DNA of 64,000 nt from Paraspadella gotoi (taxonomy: Eukaryota; Animalia; Chaetognatha): assembly GCA_051294375.1 (NCBI GenBank), contig CM119264.1, forward strand, positions 11,259,832-11,323,831, written 5' to 3'. Positions 46,740 through 56,883 of this stretch are shown piece by piece (position 1 is the first letter of the stretch; each line of letters starts with the position of its first letter). The notes beneath the pieces are model-generated. The model did not search any database, was not told the DNA's origin, and was given only the letters and a program-made list of their open reading frames with translations. A program made the position numbers and the translations under genes.

Positions 46740-47775
46740 TTGTTTTGATTTTTTCTGGCGAAATTCCCTCCAAGCGACGCCATCCGCGTTTCTCTTCTTC
46801 CACCTGTTCTTCTCACCGCAAAACAGAATAAAAAGTCGCATGTTGGCGTCGCAACCAAGAGAGAGAGAGAGAGAGAGAGCGAGAGAGCGAGAGAGAGAGA
46901 GTAAATAAAAGAACAAAACTCTTAGTACTACTAAAACGTTTCAGGTCAATCAGCCCTTTCAATTTCTTAACAACATTCTTTTCCAAATCGAATAAATTAT
47001 TTTTATTTATATATTTATTTATTTTAATATTAATTTTTAGTTTGTAATTATTTTTAGTTTTATTTTATTTATTTAATGAAATTTTTTTTACAAACAAGAA
47101 TTTTTAACGACTCCATATTTTCAAAATGTCCGCCATATTAAAAAATCGTCCCGACTTTGATGGACGTCGACGAAATCTGTCTCCAACGCTGCGTCGCTGC
47201 GGTTGACGTCGACGCGTCGCTGACCAATAAATCCGCGAAGGTCGCTAGAGGGAGAAAGGAGGGGAAGTGAGAGAAGGAGAGAGGCCAGAGGGTGCTTGGA
47301 AATGATTAGAGTTTTAGACGAGAAGCTGTTGGGCTAGAGGGAAGTTGATTGCACCGAGAATGAAAACGGGGATCTGAAAATTCTATGATAAATCTTAAAA
47401 GAAAAGAGAATTAATGAAAAAAAAAAAGGATGGAATCGATGAGGCTTCGTCAAAGTGGCAGCGATAACCAAGCTTGACAGTGAACTGACATTTGTCAGCA
47501 CATTAAGCGGATGTCGTCACGACTGGCTGATGTTAAAGATTATTTTTAGACCTTGGAACGTGATTGAAAGAGAGTGGCATCGACGCCACCACTTCCGACA
47601 TTAGCGTTGCTTCCGGATTGAGGTGCAGCAGCGACAACGAGGTGCTTAGAATAATGGGCGTGGAGTTCCTGCCACAGACTCTTAGCTCGAGGCTCGAGAC
47701 TTTTTTTTTCGCGCCAAAGAAACTCGAAGACAAAATTGGGCTTTCGCTTCAAAACATTGGTTTCTTCCTCAACCG
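10448..47775 (-). CDS. PLPPR: Phospholipid phosphatase-related protein (PAP2 superfamily, PLPPR/PRG-like), probably catalytically inactive
   Basis: Core exons 46366-46263 (TM1), 44084-44011 (EFHFNCKDPDLSYPY), 43360-43252 (LLYILSLASPLALVFLGE), 29229-29150 (KRLVRFFANFSLG), 29007-28925 (C1: TDLIKIMTGMPRPYFLSICK), 22019-21873 (C2: RLSFPSLHASLS), 20967-20838 (C3: SRLAHHKSHGVD), 19369-19244. Phases are consistent. Tentative: 5' exon 47775-47552 (or ATG at 47803) and tail exons 15000-14866, 14110-14036, 11007-10448, joined by phase only. Confidence 0.85.
13347..13606 (+). mobile_element. About 260-bp solo-LTR/MITE-like element with tRNA-type Pol III boxes and twister ribozyme (divergent subfamily)
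   Basis: Ends TGTGGC...GCCATA; flanks GTTT/GATT (3/4 TSD); 5' hairpin ggcgaa/ttcgcc; B-box GGTTCAATCCC 13447-13457; same order of modules as 45488-45744. Confidence 0.8.
13469..13551 (+). ncRNA. Twister ribozyme, P5-type permutation
   Basis: P5 GCTGGT 13469-74/GCCAGC 13546-51; P2 GTGT 13479-82/ACAC 13499-502; conserved GA 13483-84; T1 TGG 13485-87/CCA 13532-34; short P1 TG/CA; UAA 13496-98; GC 13503-04 (T2 with GC 13537-38); P3 CAGTGAC/GTCACTG; P4 CAGG/CTTG; L4 UCCAAAGC. Confidence 0.85.
20590..20650. repeat. GC-rich 12-bp tandem repeat (gcctcgcccgcc) x5
   Basis: Direct reading of the tandem copies in a PLPPR intron. Confidence 0.85.
24112..28252. repeat. Long inverted duplication (arms about 24112-26083 and 26263-28252, spacer about 180 bp)
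   Basis: Arm 2 is the reverse complement of arm 1 with mostly small indels (for example ORF 25172-25429 + mirrored by 26885-27208 -); arm 2 ends at the N gap. Confidence 0.92.
28253..28277. other. Assembly gap (25 N)
   Basis: Run of n characters. Confidence 1.
30168..30226 (+). repeat. Fragment of a dispersed AT-rich repeat (also about 41932-41990 +, and a short reverse match near 2843-2865)
   Basis: aagatagcttatttatt.aa..aatggataatttt...tggttg.ac.aat.tca is shared between copies. Confidence 0.55.
36591..41072 (-). CDS. ABCC: ABC transporter subfamily C, long MRP type (ABCC1/2/3-like), intronless, 1493 aa
   Basis: Single uninterrupted ORF. TMD0 (FCG..PFWD...PDLTLCF), L0 ASALSRLTFFWLTPLLWRGFKKPL, NBD1 GRVGSGKS/LSGGQ/YLLDD, NBD2 GRTGAGKSS/LSVGQRQL/ILVLDEATAAVD/IAHR. 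Confidence 0.97.
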   Translation of the reverse strand: MASLENATIYFGDFCGASPFWDQRVSWYTSSPDLTLCFLDTIPTWVPSIFLLFALPLFLKKLIAKISKYSMKQDGNSRCHYWLKQMVIGLATAITLAELALVVEGASSSASSTASSIFYASAAPLVNRSMLVVSLIIVAVLTRLSRYSSSASAVVLSFWLLHFLGQLLRLQHYARANLGSVPFLEEVLEKKILVTVSLMTIMSFVSLSVNLCQSWNLTGSSFDSASALSRLTFFWLTPLLWRGFKKPLDNQDLEELPKELQIEQIMTKFYEEYFKNSHKDPSAAGDNKKNDSEVKFDNCKNISSVNRILLWRHIQTLFFLSFLRIIFILNELGKPLILGWLLNHLSIRPTEGFDSKERESEWYWKGAFYVALIFVLAFTLPYCINQFWLLNRILSLKVQSILTIAIFDKSLRLTSAASQAKPVGEIVNLMSVDARKFFDGLELFIIGIFTPLHILLGTWIIYSQVGVSVFAGLAVFVVFLPICILIGNKTKTLQEKHMEFKDERVKKISEVLNSIKILKFYAWEGSFIDQINQIRDSEVKMYRVQLLWHGFIKFFIVATPIFLIIVLFSVFVLLDDRILTAKRAFVTLSVLHNIRVPLWVLPMSLISSIHMFVSGKRIDAFLVSEEFQFDSAIHQHAKDIAVNVTDASFAWNKNDEPFLKSLNFKVKNGQMIAIVGRVGSGKSALLKAILGEIHRVQGIVRILKKVSYVSQQPWIQNGTIKDNILFGKPLDAKKYHSVITACALQLDLKTLPASDDTEIGDRGINLSGGQKLRVSLARAIYADADLYLLDDPLSAVDAHVGKHIYDKVLSFEGLLGTKSRIIVTNVLNYLPAMDNILFLEDGRILEKGKYADLIGGNGYFSQYVKNFRNQLNEKKYTAKDQLDINQSNQPSLEEKTTEGDGKLIQDEERQHGFVSFQMFIAYLASSGKFVTIMMFLSFIVARVLEMTSNFQLSKWTDEIQNRKNSTVLTVVNSHNLSIYVGVGLGASVLIFIAIRFHIYSSIGASRRLHEYLVKRVLSCPLTFFDITPLGRIMNRFSVDMDGIDVKIPEILFLFYNTVIFLIGTPIVIAIVKPWFLVPAPFFLGLFFIVQRFSISSTRQLRRIESITRSPIFSLFAETLQGLVVIRAFGKQNHFKEEIRRRVKENLKSAFLMWTVDEWMTFVIEQLASPIILFSTLSTILDTSTTVSDAGLTIAYAVTFVHIMTHVVRKSSEMENEFVAVERVREYSTLPVEAPWRNDRSDSLKNIWPDQGDILFKNYNVKYRENLELVLKNINLRITGGQRIGVVGRTGAGKSSLTLALFRILEAASGSIVIDGEDTQNLGLHDLRSKISIIPQDPIIFSGSLRMNLDPFNLHADEELWRVLTLSHLKDFISSLPEGLSHQCAESGENLSVGQRQLVCLARALLRDSEILVLDEATAAVDVRTDELIQKTIAKEFGGATVLTIAHRINTILDYDKVIVMHQGEVIEFEDPSILIEDETSVFYGLAKDAGVVL
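41443..41643. mobile_element. About 200-bp MITE-like element with about 46-bp terminal inverted repeats
   Basis: caattgagcaattgagcataacaggacttaatcagaaacaatgaca and its exact reverse complement at 41598-41643; no clear TSD. Confidence 0.7.
41641..41735. repeat. 95-bp near-perfect palindrome (fold-back mini-element)
   Basis: ttgtaatttttacattcgttatgcttacaaatgtctgtaatttctcg-g-cgagaaattacagacatttgtaaacataacgaaagtaaaaattacaa, 2 mismatches. Confidence 0.85.
43690..43798. repeat. 37-bp tandem repeat x3, possibly inside a small non-autonomous DNA element (about 43544-43838)
   Basis: tttgctc(g/a)aac(t/a)gcaacatcagata starts at 43701, 43738 and 43775; weak inverted ends acggtatc/gatactgt. Confidence 0.75.
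44913..45430. repeat. Triplet-based satellite (atcgtcgtctct / atcgtcttc units) with a 240-bp higher-order duplication
   Basis: 45001-45050 is identical to 45241-45290; unit lengths are multiples of 3, so four frames are open. Confidence 0.85.
45488..45744 (+). mobile_element. 257-bp solo-LTR/MITE-like element with tRNA-type Pol III promoter and twister ribozyme
   Basis: Ends TGTGGCA...TGCCATA; exact 4-bp TSD ATAC (45484-87, 45745-48); A-box TGGCTGAGCAGG 45544-55; B-box GGTTCAATCCC 45587-97; 5' hairpin ggcagc/gctgcc; 3' hairpin gataccc/gggtatc. Confidence 0.88.
45612..45691 (+). ncRNA. Twister ribozyme, P5-type permutation
   Basis: P5 CTGGC 45612-16/GCCAG 45687-91; P2 ATGT 45621-24/ACAT 45641-44; GA 45625-26; T1 CGG 45627-29/CCG 45674-76; UAA 45638-40; GC 45645-46; P3 CAGTGAC/GTCACTG; P4 AGGG/CCCT; L4 UCCGCAGC (one conserved A is C). 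Confidence 0.8.
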
Positions 47776-48361
47776 CTGAAACGAACGCAACCACAACCTT
47801 CATAACCGGCGTCACCACCACGACACCCACAAAACGCTTCTGACGCCGGAAAGACCACAATCAGCGTAACCGCAGCAGTCCCAACTACTGTTACAATTAA
47901 AGTCACAACGGACGCAGCCAACACAACCGCAACAACCACCACAATCGCATTTGAAAATTTATCCTGAAAAACGGGGCTTTTCTCTCCTGAGATTCGAGGC
48001 TGCGATTCTTTTCAATTCGCGGAAATTATCGTTTTGCGTCGAAGTTTCGCTGATGCTCATTTTTTCTTTGAAGAATCGAAACGCAAAAGCTGAATTTTGA
48101 TTACGTGTATATTTTTTCAGTTATTATTAAAAACTAAAAAGGAAATTTTTTTTAAAAAAACCAGATGTATTTGTATGTAAATTTTTAAAACATTTTTTAA
48201 TTGTTTGTTGTGGAATAAATTATAAAAAAAAAAGTTATTCGTCATTCAGGCTGAAAGAGTTTTTACTTTTCTTTTCTTCGCTCAGCGTTTCTTTCCCTTT
48301 TCTAAAATCCTCGGGAATCAAAGATGATCCACTTTTCTTTTGCTTCGCTCCGAGTTAAGAC

Positions 48362-48388
48362 GCACCTGGCAGCACCTGGCGGCACCTG
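48362..48388. promoter_or_regulatory. Three GCACCTG E-boxes at 10-bp spacing
   Basis: CACCTG at 48363, 48373 and 48383, about 600 bp upstream of the most 5' PLPPR exon found; function is inferred. Confidence 0.35.
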
Positions 48389-48686
48389 TTGCCGCGCTCG
48401 CATTTGCGACGCGGCACATACGTGACAATACGGCTCAGTATCGTCCAGGCGCGATGAGACGACAAACAAACTCTACTCTATGATAATGTTTGTTCGTCGT
48501 TCGCCGTTCGCCGTTCGCCCTTTGCCATTCGCCGTTCGCCCTTTGCCATTCGCCGTTCTAACAACTAGCAGCTTTTCTCAAGGCGCAACTTCCGTTTTTC
48601 GGCGTGAAACCGAAGAAAAATTTGCGGCGATAATTTTTCCGCTGATTCTGTGAAAAAATCCCGCGAGGGACAGAGAAGTAAAAAAA

Positions 48687-48755
<69 letters not shown>

Positions 48756-48903
48756 AGGGAGGTATACTGAAGGAATGATGGAGAGAAGAAAGAATTTTTT
48801 TATTTATGGTAACTATGAAATCCGCGTTATCTTTTAGCGAGAAAAAATCGAATGTATGGAAACGAGGTTATCCTTTTTGCAAGATGAGAGTGAGAGAGAG
48901 AGA

Positions 48904-48940
<37 letters not shown>

Positions 48941-49091
48941 AGAGACAGGAGAGGAGAGAGTTAGTATCTGTAAAACAAAAACAAACAAAAAGCTAAGTGA
49001 AAATGGTGAGAATACTTCATGATACAAGTAGAAACTTCCAAAGTGTTTGCCAAGACGAGGTCAGCAATAGAGAGAGAGTGTTTGAGGAGAG

Positions 49092-49127
<36 letters not shown>

Positions 49128-50543
49128 AAGAAAGGAGAACTAGCGCGGGGAGAGACCAAAGATCAAAGGCAGTAGAAGACATTTCCGGAATTCGATGATT
49201 GCGTTCGAATTTCGCGCCTATTTTTTTAGCGGCGTCTCGCTTCTCCAAATTAGTTATACAAATTCCAGTACAAAGACGCATTTTTTGGGGCGTTTCTCAT
49301 TTTTTCCCCGTTTTTCCTTTGAAGATTTTTAAAGCGAAAAAAGATTAGTCGAGCTCGCTTGGCGGGGGATGGGAAGGGGGGAGCACACTCACGACGAAAT
49401 CTGCTTTCTTCTTCATGCAAAATTTATCTCTGCTTCGTTCGATAAGCAAAAAAGAAGAAAAAAGGGGAGAAAAAGAAGAAAAATCCGCACGTTCTCTTCC
49501 TTCTTTTATAATTCACTTATCGAGGCTCCTCTCCGCAACTTCGCATGAGGGGTGACATCCCTTCTCTCACCCCGTTGTTTCACCTTTCACCTTTCACTTG
49601 TAATTTCACCGTAGCGATTCTTATAAAAATTGTCAACTCTCTAGCCAAACCTTAGAACTTTTTAGTATTCAGATTGACATACCTTCTCAGCCAATTCTCC
49701 ATATGCTACTGCACCACTCCGATATTATCTCTTTCATCTCAGCTCCTAAATAACGTTTCCCTTGACTCGTCTCGCTCTCACTAATCTAGATATCCTCTTC
49801 CCCGATAACCCTTTTCCCCCGTCTCACCTTCGTCCGGGCGACTTCTTTATTTTTGTTTATTCCTAACCCCTTTAACCGCGGGACCATTTTTCTCTTTGTT
49901 TGTTCCTTACCCCGTTTGTTTTTGAGCTGGAGCTTGTTTGTTTCTTCAGTCTCGTGATCTCACGGAACCATCTTCGACGACTTCTCCCGTCGCGCGCGGT
50001 TCTTGGGTTTTTTAAACTCAATGCGTTTTAAGCAAAGTATAAAAGACTCATTCTCTCTCCACCCAAAAAAATCTCTCTTCTGACGCCGACGGAAATAAAA
50101 GAGACGCAATCCAATAGGAATCAGCATCGACGTGTCGTCACGCAATCGACGCTTTTCTTGTTCCGGGCACGCCTCCGAATTCCGGTTCCATCCTCGCGGT
50201 TCCATCGCTTCTCGCGACGTTCAAAAGACGGCCACCAATTTGTCTCTTCAGAGTCGGTTTGACATTTTCTTCTTTCTCTTCTCTCCTCCCCCCTCTTTCG
50301 CCCCCCCCTGAACTCAGAAGGATTTTTTTTCTCAATTCCTATTTTTCTTTTCATTTCTTTCCTACTTTTTTTCTTTCTTTTATTCTTTGGTTCAAGCGGC
50401 GTCGGTTGCGATCCGAAGCAATCTTTGAACCCTGGCGACACCACGGGGCGCGCCATGGGAGAAAGAAAGAAACACCATTTTCTACACATGATTTCTTCCC
50501 GTTTTTCGCCCAGAAATCCAGTCTACGGATTCGAGGAGCTGGA

Positions 50544-50587
<44 letters not shown>

Positions 50588-51300
50588 CTTTCTCTCTCGT
50601 TCCCCCTCCCTTATCTCATTTCCTTCTCCCTCATTTCTATTTCTCTCACTCTCAATCATTCTCTTTTTATCTTCTCTATAAAAATATCCGTTTCTACCTG
50701 GTACTCAACTTGGCATTCGAATCGACATTAAGATCGTCAGTCCATTTTTTCATATCAAACAGTTTTCATTTTTAATTGTCGTTTTTTACAGTAAGTAAAT
50801 TTTCTGATTAATATAATCCTTCTCTGCAACAGAGTTGGCTCTTCTTCAATTAAGGATTTAATGGAACCCCTGCTATTTTGCAACTTTAGACATTTATCGT
50901 TCTGTTTGCCTTTTTTTTTAATCAATTTTATTTTATATCTTTTTTTTAACTCGTTTTTCATTAACTTTTTTATTCTCTGAGCGACAACTGTTTTGATTTT
51001 TTTCACCGTCTCTTAAAATTACTTAGTATTTAAGTAAAAACCGAAATTTAAGTCGTAATAATTTTCTTGATTCTTGTATGGTATCAAGCTGTTATATTTT
51101 TAACTATCTTTTAAGTATATCGCTAAAGAACTTCCTCCTCCAATAAAAAACTTTTGATTCTACAAGATATTTTTAAAACTTAGCAAATAATAAATAACTC
51201 TTTTTCTCTATTCTGGTTCTTCATCTCCCTTTTTTCTGTTTAAAGACGTTTTAGTTTCGCCTTCGTTTCTATTTTCTTTTTTCTGCGACTCTTTTTTTGC

Positions 51301-51337
<37 letters not shown>

Positions 51338-51952
51338 CCTTCTCTTTCGAGAGCGCCATCTATTTCGCCTGGGAGACTTTCACTTCCTCGTTCATTTTGA
51401 ATTTAATTCCCTCGAGAGTTTCTATGGGAAAATAACAAGAAACCGTTTTTCTAATCAAACGATGAAAAAAAAAATTTTGTTTGTATTTTTTTTTTCATTA
51501 CAAAAGCCGCTAGATCAAAAAAGAAAATAAAAAAAAGAGAATTTGTGTAACACCTTTTTTTATTTTCTCTAAGATCAAAAAGAAAAGAAAAGAAAAAGAT
51601 TGTGAAAGCGAACCGTCAACGATATAACTTAAATTATAAGACGCTTTCGTCACTTCAATTCTCTAGCTTGTTCTTCTGTCTCACTCTCTCTCTATTTATT
51701 TCTCTCACATCCTCTCTATCCGTTTCCTTCCCTTTTACACATCCAAATATCACACGATTGCGAACAGATATTGATCCTTTCCCCTTATCAATTGAGGTTT
51801 AAAAAACAATGGAAAGGGTGCCTCCAGCGCTTTTCAACATTTTATTTTTATTTTTTTAATATTACATTTAGACTTAGAGAGAAAAATGGGCGGAACTGAA
51901 ACTTAGTCTTTCGTTGGCGGATTTTCTCGCTTGTTTTTCACTCTCCGAAGAG

Positions 51953-52082
<130 letters not shown>

Positions 52083-54645
52083 AAAAAAATAAGAGTGGAA
52101 AGAAACAAAAGAGAAAGAACCCGAGAGAATTTCTTCCCCGTCTTTGCATCTCATTCGATGTCCCGTCGGGCCTCTCCCGCAGAAAAGGGTCTAGTGGTTG
52201 TTTGTTCGTCCTCCTCTTTCAAGCTCTCTACTAGAAAAGTCGCTAATCGGGACAGGCGTCCCCGGAGGCGCCGCCTGTAATCGGGTAAACAAACAAACGG
52301 AGGAGGGGTGAGCATTTCTCGGAAAAGAGAAGGCGTGTCGCGTCGGTGTCGATCCTGGAGATCTTTGCGGCCAAAAACCGGAAGCGAGGGATCGTTCAAA
52401 CGGGCGGCGAATGAATGGGACGGACGGGACGGAATGGGATTCCGAGTCCCGTCTGCCTCGTTCGTTAACTGGGAGGAGGGCCGTGGGAATCGCCCGTGGC
52501 CCCGCTGCGCGCTTGGGCCCGATGACGAGAGGCGGCGCTGAAAAACGACGAATCCTCGAGCCGGCGGCGCGACCTGCGAGATTGGAACAAATGACTAACG
52601 GAAGACCGCGAGATGCGAGGCCGAGATTGGGTTTAATCAGCCGCAAAAACGACGTAAGCCTCGGCGAGAAACCCCGGGGTTTTTTTTTTTCATCTTCCCT
52701 TTTTTTTTAATTTTCAAATATCGACGAGGCGCGAAAATTTGAATAAATGAGCTTCGTGAGATGAGCCCTTTCGGAGCGTGAGAAAAAAAAAAAGAAAGAA
52801 GAAAAAAAAAGTGGGAAGATAATGGAAATAGGTCTGGAATTATCTCTCGCTCTTTTTCTCTTGTTTCTTTTCATAAAATTTAAATATATAAGCCTTTTGA
52901 CGGTTACGATAACCTTTTTAACTTCTTCGGGATAAATATCAACGAGGGCGCGATTTGCATAACAGAAAGATTCCCTTCGATCAAATATTATGCAAAGTTG
53001 ATAAGCGCTACTCTCGAAACTTGTCTCTTCGCTACGCAGACTTTAAATTTTTTATTTTTTTTTATCCCAATAGTGCTTTAGCATTTTAAATTAGTTCTTT
53101 CCGCATGAGAGACAACAGTGAGATTGGTTTGCAATGGAATACTGCGGAATGATTTGATTTGCATATAAAAAAAGAAAAAGATAAAAAATTATGGAGTCCC
53201 GAGTTTCCTAGTGTCTTGTTTTTATCAACTGTTTCATTCTCAAGATGGATTACCCTCTTAACTTTATTAGTCCGACTTTCAAATGGTATCACGCTATTTT
53301 TTTTTTAAATGTAATTATTTATAATATTTTTTTTTAACTTTCTAAATGTTCTTTTATGGGTAAATGCAGTTCTCTATTAACGCGGAAGACACGTCTTCAA
53401 AAGAAGAGCGAATTGGTACATCGTGTTTCTCATTCAAATCTAAATTACGAGGTAAGGAAAACATCGGAGCCCGAACGTGTCGTAACGTGTCGCAACGTGT
53501 CGTAATAAGAGAGAGTAGTACGCTTACGGTGATTCGCGACGCTACCGAAGGTCGTAGTAAAGAAACGAGGAGGAAACCCGCGTGGTTTATCGCGCGTCGG
53601 AAAAGATAATTCCCGAACCCATAATCGCCCGGCACCATAATTCCCACGCAACATGGCCTCTCGGTTATTGCTCAGTGTTTGTGCTCATCTTCGACATCAG
53701 TTTTCCCATTTTCGCGGTCGCGACGCGCGACTCGCATTTCTTGAGGGGGGGGTGGAGGAAAGGCGGGAGGAGATGCGAAGTCGGACGAGACGGGAGATTT
53801 TTAGGGGGGGAAGAGAGAAAGTTGTAATAAAGGGGGGAACCGGCGATGGACTCAGACTGAGTGAGGGAGGTCTTCGATCAATTCAGATTAAAAATAAATA
53901 TTCCAACTTTGAAAAAACAAAGATGACGAGATAAGCTTTCAAATTAAATGGACATGCGAATAATAAAAATAAGTTTCATAGATTCAAAAGTAATAATCAC
54001 GAAACGGAACTGGATTTCAATCGAAAACGAAAAGGAATAAAAGAAATTTGAATCAGGATCTCTGGAATGAGAAATACCGAGTAGACAGACTGACTTCGAG
54101 AGAAGCGTAGCATTCAAGCATTTCCTGGTCAGACCAGATTGAAAGCCAGAGGCGGCACTGGGCGTGGCAGATGTTTGGGTTGGGATGGAGGCGAGGCGTA
54201 GAGAGCGTGCCCAAAAATGAATCGCGCTCTCCCCCGCGGGAAATGGAAAGTAGAAGCGGGAAAATCTTTTCCTTCCCCAAATGAGAAACTCATTTTCGGG
54301 ATAAACAATGAATCCAGTGGCGACCATACGCTCAATAACCCAGCGCCGGTTTAGATGGCGCATATGGCGCCGTTATGGCGCGATTTTTGGCGCCGTGTCC
54401 ACCGAGACCCGTTGGAAGAAATGGGAGCTGATAAAGCGAAAAGACGACGACGACGACGTGGAGCGAAAAGTAAACGACGCCAACCACGAATTTTGCAATG
54501 CCGAATTTTTTCGCCAAGGTGATTTTTTGTCTATTTTAGTGTTTTTATTTTCTTTCTCTTTTTTTATCTTACTCTTTTTTTTATCTTCTTTAGTTAAAGT
54601 TTCTTTCTTTCCTTTTTTGTTTCCTTTTATCCTTTCATATATATT

Positions 54646-54684
54646 TATTCATTCATTCATTCATTCATTCATTCATTCATTCAT

Positions 54685-54779
<95 letters not shown>

Positions 54780-54882
54780 TTCATTCATTCATTCATTCAT
54801 TCATTCATTAATACATTCATTCATTCATTAATTCATATTCATTCATTCATTCATTCATTCATTCATTCATTCATTCATTCAT
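54646..54882. repeat. Compound (ATTC)n/(ATTT)n microsatellite
   Basis: Direct reading. Confidence 0.95.
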
Positions 54883-56846
54883 TCCTTCCTACATTTTCCC
54901 ACTCCTCCGATCACACGTTCTCACCTGTAAACAAATTCTGCAAGTGAGGTTTGTTCTTTCCAGCGTCCTTCGCCTCATGGGTGAGGTTCCCTCCTCCGGG
55001 TCAGTTCCTCCGAGCTCCATCTGTTGTTCACTTTCGGCGCGACGCTGCTGTCGACGTGGCGACGTTGCGTTCCTTTATGTTTGCTTAAATCCGTTAGGCG
55101 AATATCGACGATTCAGGTGAAAAAAAAAATTGTTCATTTCATTTTGTTATCATCGCCACGCCCTCTGGTTCTTTGGCCTCTCGTTCTTCTCATTCTCTTC
55201 TTTTTTCCCTTTTTTCCGGTTATATTATTTAAATTCCTCTCCTCGAAGAGAGAAAAAAAAATTCCTTTTAAAATATTCAGTTATAATATTTAAAAAGTAA
55301 TTTTCCCGAAACGCGCGCGTCTTTTCTCTTTCCTAGGAATTTTCGTGAGCATTTCTTTTCTTCCCCCTTTTTTCCTTTTTTTCTTTTTTCGACTTTGAAA
55401 AAGTCGCTCAATTTCATCCTTTTCTCCGTGAGAAAAACCCGCGGCGAAGCATGGCCGAGCAGGCCGAGGAGGAAGAAGGCGAAAAATACGACGAAATCGA
55501 CGACGAAAAGAGGACGAAAATAAAAAAAAAAGGACGGATGACCGACGAAGTTTTTAAAAAAGTTGAAAGAAAGATTATTCCGAATACCGGGCGCTGTTTA
55601 TCGCGCGCGAGTTTTCCTTTTTTTTTTTTTTTTTGCTTTTAATCAAACGAACTCGATTCTATTTTTTTTTAAAAAATTCTTTATTCATTAATTCCGTTCG
55701 GTTCCGTTTTGTTTATTAGTAGCGTCATTTTTCATTTCGATCCTTTTTTTTTATTATTATTACTTTTATTATCCTCCGCCGCGGAGTTTCAGTTCGCTAC
55801 AAAAAAGCTCGTTGTTATTATCCAAAAAAACAAAACAAAAAAAATGTAAAAATAAATTCAGAATTTTTTGTTTTGTTTTAGGATCGTTCCTTCTGTCCAC
55901 GGATCTTTGCAAAGGATCTGAAATTGAAAAAAAAAATTAAGACGATGTAAAATCGATTAAGGATTTAAAATTAAATTTAACGAGGAATTTATTAAAGTTT
56001 TTAACGAGAAAACGCTAAGCGGATGCGTCGTTAGAGACGAAACTCAAAGAAGAGGCTGAGAGAGGCGAGGGGAGCGAAAATTGAGAACAGGCCGAGGGGA
56101 GCGACAAAAAGAGGGGAGGCTGAATGGAGCGAAGGCTGGAGCAAATGGCACAAAGGGAGGGGGGGGTTTCAAGAATAACGGGGGCGAAATTAACTGAAAA
56201 CACGATTAAAAAAAAAAAATTGATCTCTTTTTTTTTCTTTTTATATTACTATTTCATCTTCGCGCAATCGCACGCAATGCACGCAGAATGCTCGATTTTT
56301 TTGCGTGTGAAATGAAGACCGAGAAAATTGAGAGAAGAAAAATTATTTAAGGCGAGCGCGGTGTCTTCCTCCCTTCATGAATATGCGCGAGGCGAGACGA
56401 GAAAGACTGTGATGTTATTGTTAGGCCCAGCGGTGAAGACGACGACCACGACGACCACAAGAAACACGACGGCGACCACGACGACGACTTTGACGAAAAG
56501 AGAAGCAAAGGCGTAGATTTCGACTAGGAGACTTGCTCTAGAGAAAGAAGCTGGTAAAATTCGTTAAGGTGATCTTTTCGTTCGATCTCGACTTGTGCTG
56601 GAGTCAGATTTATTTTCAGATTTTGGTTTGATTTCGATTCGTAAGATTTATTTGTAGATTTGTGTCTGATTCGGGTTTAGAGTTCTAATTAAACACCGAG
56701 TCGAGATATTACGCGGGTCAAACCCCCAAGATTTACTTCACTTCGTTCTGTTGCTAAGAGACTAAGAGACGCCTTCGGTGTACTGTACTAGGCTAAGATA
56801 AACTGGGTTAAGAAACTACGAAAACCGGGACGAGCGAGGACGACAA

Positions 56847-56883
<37 letters not shown>

